64,000 nt of DNA from Mustelus asterias (lineage: Eukaryota). The stretch's first letter is position 1. The number at the start of each line of letters is the position of its first letter. Positions 12,866-25,665 of the stretch are shown here, piece after piece. Location of the stretch: positions 434,001-498,000 of the forward strand of contig NW_027590147.1 in NCBI RefSeq assembly GCF_964213995.1, given 5' to 3'. Made by a program: the position numbers and the translations under genes. The notes beneath the pieces were generated by a model. That model was not told the DNA's origin, did not search any database, and worked only from the letters and a program-made list of their open reading frames with translations.

Positions 12866-13258
12866 TCATTCATGAACTTGTTGGTGTCTCAGCAGCAAGA
12901 ATAAAACTCTGAATCCCTTCCCACACTGAGGGCAGGTAAACGGCCTCTCCCCAGTGTGAATTCGCTGGTGTCTCCACCAGCTGGAGGACCGAGCAAATCT
13001 CTCCCCAGTGTCAATTTGCTGGTGTGTCTGCAGAGTAGATAACCGAGTGAATCCCTCCCCACACTGAGGGCAGGTGAACGGCCTCTCCCCAGTGTGAACT
13101 CGCTGGTGTCTTTGCAGGCTGGATGACAGAGTGAATCCCTTCCCACACTGAGAGCAGATGAATGGCCTCTCCCCAGTGTGGCTGCGCCGATGAGCATCCA
13201 GCAGAGATGGAGATCTGTATCTCTTCCCACAGTCCGCACATTTCCATGGTTTCTCCAT
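12866..13258 (-). pseudogene. Short C2H2 ZNF (130 aa, about 3 intact fingers plus damaged ones), probable pseudogene
   Basis: [10 protein letters not shown] start, TGERPF linkers, internal deletion ([11 protein letters not shown]); upstream leader and acceptor replaced by a Penelope insertion. Confidence 0.7.
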
Positions 13259-13424
13259 GATGGAGGTGTCCTTGCCTCTGTCTTATTTGGACAATCAGTT
13301 AAAGCCTCGTCCACACACTGAACATGAGTACAGTCTCTCCCCACTGTGAATGGTGTGATATTTATTCAGGCTGTGTAACTGGTTAAAGCCCTTTAACCAC
13401 TGGTTAAAACCAGTGTAACTGGTT

Positions 13425-14447
13425 AAACCGCACCGACCTCCTCAGACGACAATCACGGGACACGGTGGACAGAGTACCCTTCGTCGTCCAGTACTTCCCC
13501 GGAGCGGAGAAGCTACGGCATCTCCTCCGGAGCCTTCAACATGTCATTGATGAAGACGAACATCTCGCCAAGGCCATCCCCACACCCCCACTTCTTGCCT
13601 TCAAACAACCGCACAACCTCAAACAGACCATTGTCCGCAGCAAACTACCCAGCCTTAGGAGAACAGTGACCATGACACCACACAACCCTGCCACAGCAAC
13701 CTCTGCAAGACGTGCCGGATCATCGACACGGATGCCATCATCTCACGTGAGAACACCATCTACCAGGTACACGGTACATACTCTTGCAACTCGGCCAACG
13801 TTGTCTACCTGATACGCTGCAGGAAAGGATGTCCCGAGGCATGGTACATTGGGGAAACCATGCAGACGCTACGACAACGGATGAATGAACACCGCTCAAC
13901 AATCACCAGGCAAGACTGTTCTCTTCCTGTGGGGGAGCACTTCAGCAGTCACGGGCATTCAGCCTTGGATCTTCAGGTAAGCGTTGTCCAGGGCGGCCTT
14001 CACGACACACGACAGCGCAGAGTCGCTGAGCAGAAACTGATAGCCAAGTTCCGCACACATGAGGACGGCATAAATCGGGATGTTGGATTTATGTCACATT
14101 ATCAGTAACCCCCACAGCTTGCCCCTGGTCTTGCATAATCTCACCAGCTGTTCTGTCTGGAGACAATACACATCTCTTTAACCTGTGTTTAATGTTACCT
14201 CCAACCACATTATCTGTACCTTTTAAGACCTGGCTGGCTGTAGAGATTTTCATTCTAATTAGTATTCTGTAACTTGATTGCTGTGTCTGTGCACTGTTGG
14301 AGAACAGAGACCACTCCATCTGATGAAGGAACAGCAAGCTCCGAAAGCTTATGGTATTTGCTACCAAATAAACCTGTTGGACTTTAACCTGGTGTTGTGA
14401 GACTTCTTACTGTGCTTACCCCAGTCCAACGCCGGCATCTCCACATC
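13425..14447 (+). mobile_element. Penelope-like element, 5'-truncated: GIY-YIG endonuclease end plus 3' terminus
   Basis: Frameshifted VPFVVQYFPG..PLLAFKQP.., VVYLIRC..WYIGETMQTLRQRMNEHR..HF..E..LI..F..G.N; terminus CAGTCCAACGCCGGCATCTCCACATC. Confidence 0.9.
14316..14354 (+). ncRNA. Minimal hammerhead ribozyme in the Penelope 3' terminus
   Basis: CCAT-CTGATGA-A-GGA..TCC-GAAA-GC-TT-ATGG; stem I CCAT/ATGG covaries with TCAC/GTGA at 7032-7068. Confidence 0.7.
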
Positions 14448-14574
14448 CTGTCCTGGACACAGAGAGCTGGAAATCTCCATGCAGGCTGCCAGACAGATAT
14501 ATGTCTATATGACTGGACCAAAAATGTCTGAAATATACAGACTGGGCTCACTTCCTTTCCCTTCAGTGGCTAAG

Positions 14575-16335
14575 GGCAGACAAGTCACCAGGACCCAATG
14601 AACTGCACGCTAGGCTTTTAATGGAGGTTGCTGAAGAGATTGTGGAGAATTTTGTTGAAATTTTTCGTAACTCGCTAGATTCTGGGAGAGTATCGGAAGA
14701 TTGTAGCACAGTAGCACAGTGGTTAGCACTGCTGCTTCATAGCTCCGGGGTCCCGAGTTCGATTCCCGGCTTGGGTCACTGTCTGTGTGGAGTTTGCACA
14801 TTCTCCTCGTGTTTGCGTGGGTTTCCTCCGGGTGCTCCGGTTTCCTCCCACAGTCCAAAGATGTGCGGGTTAGGTTGATTGGCCAGGTTAAAATTGCCCC
14901 TGAGATGCGTAGGTTGGAGGGATTAGCGGGTAAATATGTGGGGGTGGGGCCTGGGTGGGATTGTGGTCGGTGCAGACTCGATGGGCCGAATGGCCTCCTT
15001 CTGCACTGTAGGGTTTCTATGATTCTATGATTGGCAATCAGCCAATGTGACTACCTTGGTCAAAAAGGGAGAAGGCAGAAGGCAGGGAACTATAGGCCAG
15101 TTAATTTAATATCTATTATTGGCAAGACGCTGGAGTCAATAATCAAAGAGCAAATAGAAAATCATTTAGGAAAGCTGAATATAATCAAACCTCGTCAACA
15201 TGGTTCTATGAAAGATAAATTATGTTTGACAAATTTGCTTGAATTGTTTGAGGATGTAAGGAGGAGGGTAAATCGAGAGAAATCTGTACTTGTAGTTTAT
15301 TTTAAAAGGGCGCCTTGGCAGCACAGTGGTTAGCACTGCTGCTTCACAGTGCCAGGGACCCAGGTTCAATCCCGGCCTTGGGTGACAGTCTGTGTGGATT
15401 ATGCACATTCTCTCCATGTCTGTGTGGATTTCTGAGTACTCCAGGTTTTTCCCACAGTCCCACAGGTTAGATTGATTGGCCGTGCTAAATTGCCCCTTTG
15501 TGTCCCAATAGATGTAGATTAGGTGGATTAGTGGGGTGAAAATGTGGGGCTACAGGGATAGGGCCTGGGAAAGATGAGTCAAGAGTTGGGGAAGATGCAA
15601 TAAAGTCACCCCTCTGTCTCCAAAACCTGGCAAATGGAGTTTAAAGTGTGAGGTCATGTATTTCAGTCGGAGGAATCAACAGGATGATGATCTAAAGGGA
15701 AAGGGGCTGCCGGTGAGTGAAGTACAGCGGGATCTTGGTGTTCTTGTGCATGAATCACAAAAAGCTAGCAGGCAGGTCCCACATGAGGTAAGAAGGAAAA
15801 TGGCATTTTGGCTTTTATTGCAAAGGGGTTGGAGTTTAAAAACAGGGAGGTTTTGTTGCAACTGTACAGTGTGTTGGTGATGCCTCACCTGGAATAGTGC
15901 ATACAGTTTTCATCCCCTTCCCTAAACAAGGATACAGTAATATTGGACATAGTCCAAAAGGAAATTCACCAGGCTAATTCCTGGATGGGAGGGTTGTCCG
16001 ATCAAGAGGGAGTAAATTGTCAAGGTCTGTGTTCCTTGAAGTTTTGAAGACAAAGGGGTGATTGAAACATATAAGATCCTGAGGGGGCTTGACAAGGTAG
16101 ATGGTGAGATATTTTCACGAGTGGGAGAGTCTCAAACAAAATAAATACCTCATTGAATGTTTTTAAGGCAAGGAAAGATAAATTTTTGAACAGTAAAGGA
16201 TTTAAGGGTTATGGTGAGTGGGCAGGTAAGTAGAGCTGAGTCCACGAAAAGATCAGCTGTGATCTTATTGAATGGCAGAGCAGGCTCGAGGGGCCAGATG
16301 GCCTACTCCTGCTCCTAGTTCGTATGTTCTTATAA
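14575..16335 (+). mobile_element. Old CR1 LINE fragments interrupted by two HE1-like SINEs (14704-15031, 15316-15575)
   Basis: GNYRPVNLISIIGKTLESIIK..QHG..CLTNLLE RT motifs; SINE heads GCACAGTGGTTAGCACTGCTGC. Confidence 0.8.
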
Positions 16336-16457
16336 GCACTGATTCCAGATTGTTCAATACTTCTACATTGAATCCCTCTCCTTTCCTTCTCCCATATGTA
16401 CTGTATGATGTACCGATCATGATGCCCTAACTAAACTAAAACAAAAACCTTCTGACT

Positions 16458-16781
16458 CATAGAAACATAGAAACCCTACAGCACAGAAAGAGGCCATTTG
16501 GCCCATCGAGTCTACACTGACCACAATCCCACCCAGGCCCTACCCCCGTACCTCTGCATATTTTTCCCACTAATCCCTCTAACCTACGCATCTCAGGACA
16601 CTAAGGGCAATTTTAGCATGGCCAATCAACCTAACCCGCACATCTTTGGACTGTGGGAGGAAACCGGAGCACCCGGAGGAAACCCACGCAGACACGAGGA
16701 GAATGTGCAAACTCCACCCAGACGGTGACCCAAGCCGGGAATCGAACCCAGGTCCCTGGAGCAGTGCTAACCACTGTGCCG
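16458..16781 (-). mobile_element. HE1-like V-SINE
   Basis: Reverse-complement match to the consensus. Confidence 0.85.
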
Positions 16782-16875
16782 CAACTAGGGATGGGTAATA
16801 AATGCTGGCCAGCCAGCGACGCCCATGTCCCACGAATGAGTAAAAGAAATCACAGAATTATTTTGATTCAAAGTT

Positions 16876-17779
16876 GAGACCTTATCCACACACAGAACAC
16901 GAGTAGAGTCTCTCCCGCTGTGAATGCTGTAATATTTTTTCAGGCTGTGGAACTAGTTAAAGCTCTTTCCACACTCAGTGCACTGGAACACTCTCATTCG
17001 AGTATGTGTGTGTCTCGGTGATTTGCCACTCCCATTGATGTTTAAAACTTTCTGAAGCAGACGGTACAGAGAAACATTTCTTCTGGATTCAAAGGCCAAT
17101 GATAATCAGATCCTGATGAATTGAGTGAGGACGGACGTTTGCTTTGAGATTTCTGTCTGTAAATCCTCATCACCTGATATCCTGTAAAAGGAGTTTACAA
17201 AAGTCATCACTCGGTACAAGATAGAAATTCAGAACAGATAATTCTAGTTTCTACGGAACAGTCTTTCCTCTCTCATTCCACAAAGGCTGTAAATCTCCAT
17301 CCCACACACTCTCCCTCCATTCTCACTCTGCTGTATCTAATATTTATCCTTCCAATTTTCCTGAAGGTGCTGATTCAGGCTGATTGACATATCCATGCTC
17401 ACTGCTTCCTGTCAATCTTTTCAGTAAAACAATTAAACTAAATCAAATGAACTGAGGGACAAATAAACATTCTGCTCATCTTTTTGGCAAAACAATTAAA
17501 CATGAAATAAATCACTAACTATTCTGTTAATCTTTTTGGCAAAACAAGTAAACCAAATGAAATTAAATGAGGGATAGAGCAAAAGGGCAGACGTCAAAAA
17601 GGGAATCTCCTGTCCTGGACAGAGAACTGAAAATCTCCATGCAGGCTGCCAGACAGATATATGTCTATCTGACTGGACTAAAAATGTGTGGAACATACCG
17701 ACTGAATTCACTTCCTTTCCCTTCAGTTTCTGCAAGTCCCCAATTTCCCCCAGAATGAGAAAAGAAATGGAAAGGGGGA
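16876..17779 (-). pseudogene. ZNF gene remnant: upstream small exons, conserved intron and fossil leader; finger array missing
   Basis: Collinear with 28975-29545; acceptor next to 17181; homology stops at ~16876 before the MEKP start. Confidence 0.7.
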
Positions 17780-17829
17780 AACATTGATTTCCTCCAAGAT
17801 GTTGCAGAGGAGGGAGTTTCACTCTGAAG

Positions 17830-18270
17830 CTCATTGGACAACTTCCGCACGGTGACGTCACAGCGGAGCCCTGCCTGAATCAGCCAATAGACATCCGCCT
17901 GCTCCGCGATGACGTCCTGGGGTTACAGTGCGCAGGCTCGGCGAGCGGACACGGGAGCCCCGCACCCACCCATGGTTCCCTCCCCTTGCACCTCCTCGAG
18001 CCAAGGGTTCCAGGCAATCGGCTGGCGGCTCCGGCCAGAGCGAGAACCCGCTCGGTGATCTCCCCCTCCCCCCAGCGCAGGACTGCGCATGTCCAAGGGA
18101 GAGGGGCAGCTGCGCATGTGCGGAGGGTTGCCCGCCCCTTCCCAACAGCACGCTGAGGTGTTGACCAATGGGAAGATTTGGAGGACCGGAAGTACCTTTC
18201 TCCTCCAGCCATCCAGAGCCCCCCCCCCCCCCCCAATGTCTGAGTGCGGAAACTGGACAGTGAGTTTGTT
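17830..18270. promoter_or_regulatory. CpG-rich, probably bidirectional promoter
   Basis: TGACGTCA at 17853, CCAAT boxes, TGCGCATG x2, CCCGCCCC, CCGGAAGT; lies between divergent ZNF units. Confidence 0.7.
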
Positions 18271-18989
18271 CACCCGGAAAGCTGCTGCTGTTCTGTCTCT
18301 GAAAGAATATTGAGTACAGACAGACTCAAACTTCCTTCTGTCTCCCACATCTGTGAGTAAAACACTTTCTTCTCTCCCCCTTTCCATTTCTTTTCTCATT
18401 CTGGGGGAAATTGGGGACTTGCAGCAACTGAAGGGAAAGGAAGTGAATCCAGGGAGGCTGCAGACTCTGGAAAGGTTGGCCCAGGTCTCTCTCTTTCTGA
18501 CTTAAAGACATTGACATCCTTTGCTCCCTCAGCTTGACACATTTATTTGTTTGGCTAAAAGGATGGTCCCTTTCCGAATGTTCACAATTAAAGGGCTGGT
18601 TTCCCCAGGAGATGGCTGACATTTAAGAGAACAATAAATTAATACAGGACAGAGATATGCCTCGTGTTGTTATATTGTAGATTTGATATATTATTTTATG
18701 GTTCTGTAACAAAGTACATTTATTATTATTTTTCATCTTGTAATGTAACACTGAAGCAATGTTATATATTTTCACTCATTGAGTCATTACAGCGCAGAAG
18801 GAGTCCATTCAGTAACTCAAATCCATGCCGACTCTCTGTCGAACAATCCAGTCAGTCCCATTCCCTTTCTATATTTCCCTTTCCCCTGCAAGTTTATTTC
18901 CTTCATGTGCCCATCTAATTTCTGAAATATATTAAAGGGGACAGTAAACTAATATCGGACAGAGACGTGTCTGATGTTGATTTTTTAAA

Positions 18990-19373
18990 AATTCATCCTT
19001 GGGACATGGGCATTGCCGGCTGGGCCAGCATTTATTGCCCATCCCTAATTGCCCTTGAACTGAGTGGCTCGCTGGGCCATTTCAGAAGCTGGGTGAGAGT
19101 CAACCACATTGCTGTGGCTCTGGAGTCACATGTAGGCCAGACTGGGTAAGGACGGCAGATTTCCTTCCCTGAAGCACATTAATGAACCAGATGGGTTTTT
19201 TTGGTCAATCGACAATGGTTTCATGGTCATCAGTAGATTCTTAATTCCAGATTTTGTTTTTAAATTCAAATTCCACCATCTGCCGTGGCAGGATTTGAAC
19301 CCGGGTTCCCAGAACATTAGCTAAGTTTCTGGATTCATAGTCTAGCGATAATACCGCAAGGCTATCCACTCCC
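18990..19373 (-). mobile_element. SacSINE1-like (Deu-domain) SINE; other copies ~24145-24523, 35900-36243, 57178-57528 (minus), partial 50940-51100 and 60270-60465
   Basis: tRNA-like head (reverse complement of GGATTTGAACCCGGGT), conserved GTCACATGTAGGCCAGAC..GATTTCCTTCCCT core, GCCAGCATTTATTGCCCATCCCTAATTGCCCTTG tail. Confidence 0.75.
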
Positions 19374-20649
19374 CTGTTGTTATATGGTACATATTCGATA
19401 TATTATTTATAGCCCTGTAATAAAATACACTTGTTATATCTGGCTGTGTAATTTTGGACTGCAGCTATATTATATATTTCCAACAATCTCTTCCCTCAGA
19501 GAATTGTTAGTATCTAGATTTCTCTTCCATAGGGACCAATGGAGGGATTGAATATATTCAAGGATGAGTTAGACAGTTTTTGAATGACAAGGGAGTCAAT
19601 AATTATTGGGAACAGGCTGGAAAATGGAGAGAAAGCTCAGATGAGGATTTCTTCACTCAAGGATGTGGTGATGTTTTGGATTCTCTACCCCAGAGGACGA
19701 TAGAGCCTCAGTCATCAAGAATTTTCAAGAGAGGGATTGATAGGTTTCTAGATATTGAAGATATCGATGGATATGGGGGACAGTGTGTGGAAAATAATGC
19801 AGAGGTAGATCAACCAATAATCTCAATGAATGGTTGAGCAGACTCGATGGGCCGAATGCTGACTGCAGCTCCTATTTGTTCTGATTTCTGTGCTGGACAG
19901 GAAGCAGTGAGCATGGATCTGTCAATCAGCACCTTCAGGAGAATTGGGAGGGTGAATATTAGATACAGCAGAGTGAGAATGGAGGGAGAGTGTGTGGGAT
20001 GGAGATTCACAGCTTTTGGGGAATGGGAGAGGAAAGAATGTTCATTAGAATCATAGAATTGCTGCATCTTATCAACCGTCCCTGAGCTTTCACAATGAAT
20101 CCCACTTCTGAGGACACCTTTATCTCTGACTTGTCTGTACTGCTGGCAGTCTCACAAAGCAGCTGCCTGTGTGCTGATACGGGAGGCCCTGCTCGGCAAG
20201 TTTAATGCTCCATGACTGTGTCTTTAATGAATGCTCCATAAACTAGAAATGTAGATTTGAATTTTGATCGTATTCTGAATTACGATGTTTTTTCTAAATT
20301 GACTTACAGGATATTAGACAAGGAGAAATCAGACAGAAATCTCCAACATCACACCTAGATCTGACAGAGTGACTCGACTTCTTGGGACCTGAATATTTGA
20401 ATCTAGCAGGAGAAATGTTTGTTTGGCCTCTTGGCTTCAAAAGATTGTAAACATCGCTGTGACTAGAAATGCACTGAGATACACACACCCGAGTGAGAGT
20501 GTTCCAGTGCAGTGAGTGTGGAAAGAGCTTTAACCAGTTACACAGCCTGAAAATACATCGCAGCATTCACAGCGGGAGAGACTGTACCCGTGTTCTGTGT
20601 GAGATTTAACTGATTGTTCAACCTGGAGAGTCACAAGGACACCCGCACC

Positions 20650-21855
20650 ATGGAGAAACCGTGCAAATGTGGGGACTGTGGGAAGGGATTCAGATACCCA
20701 TCTGCACTGGAAACTCATCAACGCAGTCACACTGGGGAGAGACCATTCACCTGCTCTGTGTGTGGGAAGGGATTCACTGATTCATCGAACCTGCGCACAC
20801 ACAATCTCACTCACACCAATGAGAGACCGTTTAAATGCTCTGACTGTGGGAGCAGATTTAAAAGCTCTGGAGAACTGATGTCCCACCAGCGCATTCACAC
20901 TGAGGAGAGACCGTTCAGCTGCTCTCACTGCTCAACGAGGTTTAAAACGTCATCCAGTCTGTGGGAACATCAGCGAGTTCACACTGGGGAGAGACCGTTC
21001 ACCTGCTCGGTTTGTGGGAAGGGATTCACTCATTCATTCCACCTGCACAGACACAATCTCACTCACACCAGTGAGAGACCGTTCAAATGCTCTGACTGTG
21101 GAAAAGGATTCAAAAGCTCTGGAGAACTGGTGTCCCACCAGCGCACTCACAGTGAGGACAGACCGTTCAGCTGCTCTCACTGCACAAAGAGGTTTAGAAC
21201 ATCATCCAACCTGCGCGTACACCAGCAAGTTCACACCGGGGAGAGACCATTCATCTGCTCTGTGTGTGGGAAGGGATTCACTCATTCATCCAGCTTGCTG
21301 AAACACAAAGTCACTCACAGCAATGAGAGACCGTTTAAATGCTCTGACTGTGGGAGCGGATTCAAAAGCTCTCAGGAACTGGTGTCCCACCAGCGCATTC
21401 ACACTGGGGAGAGACCGTTCAGCTGCTCTCACTGCACAAAGAGGTTTAGAACATCATACAACTTGCGGAGACACCAGCGAGTTCACACTGGGGAGAGACC
21501 GTTCACCTGCTCTGTGTGTGGGAAGGGATTCAATCATTCATCGAACTTGCGCGCGCACAATCTCACTCACACCAATGAAAGACCATTTAAATGCTCTGAC
21601 TGTGGGAGCGGATTCAAAAGCTCTCAGGAACTGATGATCCACCAGCGCACTCACACTGAGGAGAGACCATTCAGCTGCTCTCACTGCTCAAAGAGGTTTA
21701 GAACATCATCCAACCTGCAGATTCACCAGCGAGTTCACACTGGGGAAAGGCCGTTCACCTGCTCTGTGTGTGGGAAGGGATTCACTCAGTCATCCAGCCT
21801 GCAGAAACACAAAGCCACTCACTCCAAGGAGAGCCCCTTTAAATGCTCTGCCTGA
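20650..21855 (+). CDS. C2H2 zinc-finger protein, 401 aa, 14 intact fingers, no effector domain
   Basis: CACCATGG start at 20650, MEKPCKCGDC, TGERPF linkers; acceptor AG at 20308-20309. Confidence 0.9.
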   Translation: MEKPCKCGDCGKGFRYPSALETHQRSHTGERPFTCSVCGKGFTDSSNLRTHNLTHTNERPFKCSDCGSRFKSSGELMSHQRIHTEERPFSCSHCSTRFKTSSSLWEHQRVHTGERPFTCSVCGKGFTHSFHLHRHNLTHTSERPFKCSDCGKGFKSSGELVSHQRTHSEDRPFSCSHCTKRFRTSSNLRVHQQVHTGERPFICSVCGKGFTHSSSLLKHKVTHSNERPFKCSDCGSGFKSSQELVSHQRIHTGERPFSCSHCTKRFRTSYNLRRHQRVHTGERPFTCSVCGKGFNHSSNLRAHNLTHTNERPFKCSDCGSGFKSSQELMIHQRTHTEERPFSCSHCSKRFRTSSNLQIHQRVHTGERPFTCSVCGKGFTQSSSLQKHKATHSKESPFKCSA

Positions 21856-22232
21856 GAGGCCGGCTTCAGAAGCTCTCAGGAACTGATGATCCCCGAGCAC
21901 ATTCACACCGGGGAGAGGCCGTTCAGCTGCTCTCACTGTTCAAGGAGGTTTAGAATATCACCAACACTGCTCAAACACCAGTGAGTTCACATCGGGGAGA
22001 AACCATTCACCTGCTCGGTGTGTGCGAAAGGATTTACTCAGTTATCCAGCCTGCCCAGACACAACATCATCACACCCAGGAGAGACCCTTTAAATGTGGG
22101 CGTGGCTTCAAAAGCTCTCGGGAACTAATGTCCAACCAGTGAGTTCACACCAGGCAGAGGCTGGTCACCTGCTCTGACTGGGAAGGGATTCACTCAGTCA
22201 GCAAACTTGGTGAAACACCAGTGAGTTCACAA
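21856..22232 (+). pseudogene. About 5 decayed fingers beyond the stop codon
   Basis: CACACCGGGGAGAGGCCGTTCAGCTGC and similar units with stops and indels. Confidence 0.8.
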
Positions 22233-22329
22233 GTGATGACAGTTCTGGGATTATTCTTGTGAATCTTTCTTGCTCCTTCTCCAGTGCCTCTGTTTCCTTT
22301 TTCTAAATGGAGATCACAAATAGTACGTA

Positions 22330-23500
22330 AAACAGTACAGCACAGGAACAGACCCTTCAGCCCACCATGTTGTGTCGAACATGATGTCAAATTAAACTAT
22401 TCCTTTCTGCCTGCCCTTGGTCCATATTCCTCTATTCCTTGAATATTCATGTGCTTATTTAAAACCCCCTTAAACGCCCCTATCGTATCTGCCTCCATGA
22501 CCACTCCTAGCAGCACATTCCGGACACCTACCACTCTCTGTGTAAAAAAACTTACATCTCACATCTCCTTTGAACTTTCCCCGTTTCACCTTCAGTGCAT
22601 GCTCCCTGGTATTAGACATATCAACTCTGGGGGAAAAGATTCTATGTCTCATTTTATAGACTGCTATCAGGTCTCCCCTCACCCTCCACCGCTATCGAGA
22701 AAACAACCCTCGTTTGTCAGTCGCTCACACCCTCCAATCCAGGCAGCATCCTGGGAAACCTCTTCTGCACCCTCATCAAAACCTCTGCGTCCTTTCTGTA
22801 ATGTGGCGACCAGAATTGAGCGCAATATTCTAAGTGCAACCCAAACAAAGTTTTATAAAGCTGCAACATGGCATGCTGACTCTTGTACTCAATAAAGGCA
22901 AGCATGCCATATGCCTTCTTCAGTGACTAAATATTTGTGTGGCTAATTTCAGGGAGCTCTGGACTTGAACCCCAAGATCTCTCTGTACATTAACTGTATA
23001 CTTATCCTTAATATTTGATCTCCCAAAGTGCAGCACCTCACACTTGCCCGGATTGAAATCCATCTGCCATTTCTCCGCTCATATCTGCAGCTGATCTACA
23101 TCCCACTGTATCCTTTGACAACCTTCTACACTATCTACAACTCCATCTCGCTTTGTGTCGTCTGCAAGCTTACTAACCCACCCATCCACGTTTTCATCCA
23201 AGTCATTTATATATATCACAAATAGCGCAGGTCCCAGTACAGATCCCTGCAGAACACCACTAGTCATGGACCTCTAGCCAGAAAAACACCCTCCACCACT
23301 ACTCTCTGATTTCTATGGGCAAGTCAATTCTGAATCCAAGCGGCCAAGTCACCGTGAATCCCATGCATCTTAATCTTCTGGATGAGCCGACCATGAGGGA
23401 CCTTGTTGAAAGCCTCACTAAAATCCATGTACACAACATCCACTGCTCTACCCTCATCGATCACCTTCGTCACCTCCTCGATAAAATCAATCAAGTTGGT
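22330..23500 (-). mobile_element. CR1-clade LINE, decayed RT 3' part
   Basis: TSGVLQGSVLGPALFVIYINDLD..KLADDTK; HLEYCAQFWSPHY. Confidence 0.9.
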
Positions 23501-23627
23501 AAGATGTTGACGGTGCTCCCACTGCAGTCCTGTGATGAAAATATAGACTGGTTGGTGAAATGTAGATAACAGGTAGAATTGATATCTAATGAGGACTTTA
23601 TACTTTAGAATTGAATACAGGGCTCAT

Positions 23628-25665
23628 TGTTACTAACGGGGAAAGAAGGGTTAAAACCCTTACCCAGAACCCTTTTCACACACACGTGGACATCTCTGAA
23701 TCTGACACACACCAAATGGAACGTTACACAAGGGGCTGGAATTCACTGGAATTTCTCAACAACCTTTCAATAGAAATGTCCTGGTACAGACTGTGACAAA
23801 GGACACAACAGACAGCAAGAACCAGGAGGAACCTTTAACCCAGAGAATGTTAATAACCTTGTTCAGGACACCAGTGCCAGGCACAGGAGGATCCCAGGAA
23901 AAACGGAACATTTAATTTCTGTCTGTTTCACAATTCTAAATGACTGATTCTTTAACAAAGGAATGTTTAAAAACAGCATTGTGATATTCCAAGGTCAACT
24001 GTGTCTGGGAAAGGGACACACTGATGTGTTTTTATTTTAAACAGGAGGATCCATTGAAAAGCAGCTCTGGACGATACGAGCACCTCCTGACCTACTTTCA
24101 ATTCATTTCAAATCACCCATCGCTTTCCGTGGAATATTCTTTATTCTTTCCTGGGATGTGGACACTGCTGGCAAAGCCCCAGCACACGTTGCTCAGCTCC
24201 TAATTGCCCCTGAACGGAGTGACTTGCTCAGCCATTTCAGAGGGACAGTTAAGAGTCACCCACATCGCTGTGTGGGTCTGGATTCACATGTAGGCCAGAC
24301 CGGGTAAGGATGGCAGATTTCCTTCCCTAATAGGGAGCATTAATAGGGTGAACCGGACAGGTTTTTACAACAATCTATGAAAGTTTCATGGTCACCGTTT
24401 CTGACACTAACTTTATATAATTCCAGATTGATTCACTGAATTCAAATCCCACCAGCTGCCTGTCCCCAGATCCTTTGCTGCGTCTCTGCATTACTCGGCC
24501 AGAGACATTCCCACCACCTCCCCTGAGTGGAATATTCCACACAACCCCTTAGTTAAACAGGAAGGAGAAAAGAGAGCCTTTGACCTTTGGATGACCTCAT
24601 CACCAACTACAGAAACCTTAAAGCTGACCATTCTGTAAAAGTTTATAAACTTTATTTTTATAAAACACAGAATAAGAAACAGGTGAAAAGTAATAATGGA
24701 CGTTCCGACTGACATCAGAAACATTGATTGACCGGATAAACACTCACTGCATCACAGAGCGATCCTCAACCATTAAAGAATTGACCCACAATAAGGAATG
24801 AGAGAGCCTTATAAAAAGGGGCAGGAGTTTACACAGAGAGGTGACACCCACAGCTGCTCAGGATGATGGAATTCAGTTCAGGAAGGGGAGAAAGTGAGAA
24901 GCTTTTGTGATTCAAGACAGAAGTATTGAACAATCTGGAATCAGTGCTTCTCGAGCTTGCTGACGAGCCGAACACTTCAATTAATCTCATCATAAAAACT
25001 CCCCAGTGTTAGTAACATGGATTTGGCTGACAAATGTTGAAACGTTGGTTTAGGGACACAAGTTTCGACTTCCCATTTGAGCCTGGGGCACCTTTCTGTC
25101 TCTCTGTTGCTCGTGTCAATGACAGCCAGGCAACGGAGCTGAGGGCTGAACTTAGCTGAGAATAACGGGGCCTGTGCCCCAGTTGGGATACTGCACTGGT
25201 AGAGAGATGGGAAGGTACTGGAGTGGGAAATGGGCCTCCAACCAATCAGGACATGGGAGGGGGTGACCGAGGCTGATGGTGGGGTGACCCCCGGGGTTCA
25301 GTGTCCCTGTGTCCAAAGCGGGGAGTCACAGGAACAGGGGACAGAGCAGCTGAAGAGAAACCATTTGTGTCCAGAACATTGTGAACATCCTTTTACTCTG
25401 GTTGTCTTTGATCCTCAAGTCATTTTCTGTTTGTTTTAACCATGTTCTGTTTCATTAATAAACTTTTATCAGTAAAAATATTTGATTTTTCTGGACATTT
25501 CCTGATGAGATTGATGCACTTTAGGGAAAGTGGGTGAGAGGGGTTGGCAGGCTCTTTAACATGCTGGGCTTTCAAGAGAGCTGTTAAACATGCTCTATCT
25601 CTGATCCCTCACTCAACTTCACTCCGTTATTTTCCAGTTCTGTTCTGGCCCTGCCTGGGGTAACA
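23628..25665 (+). mobile_element. Possible solo LTR (with an internal SINE)
   Basis: TGTTAC...GTAACA inverted ends, TATAAAA at ~24811, AATAAA at ~25457; no clean target-site duplication. Confidence 0.4.

Noticed and set aside
20460-20613. Selenocysteine recoding of the leader TGAs
   Set aside because: They align with Arg/helix positions rather than Cys, the leaders also carry frameshifts, and no SECIS was recognised
20669-21634. Alternative-frame ORFs over finger arrays (VGRDSL.., HWGEA..), here and at all ZNFs
   Set aside because: Shadow frames of the 84-bp finger periodicity
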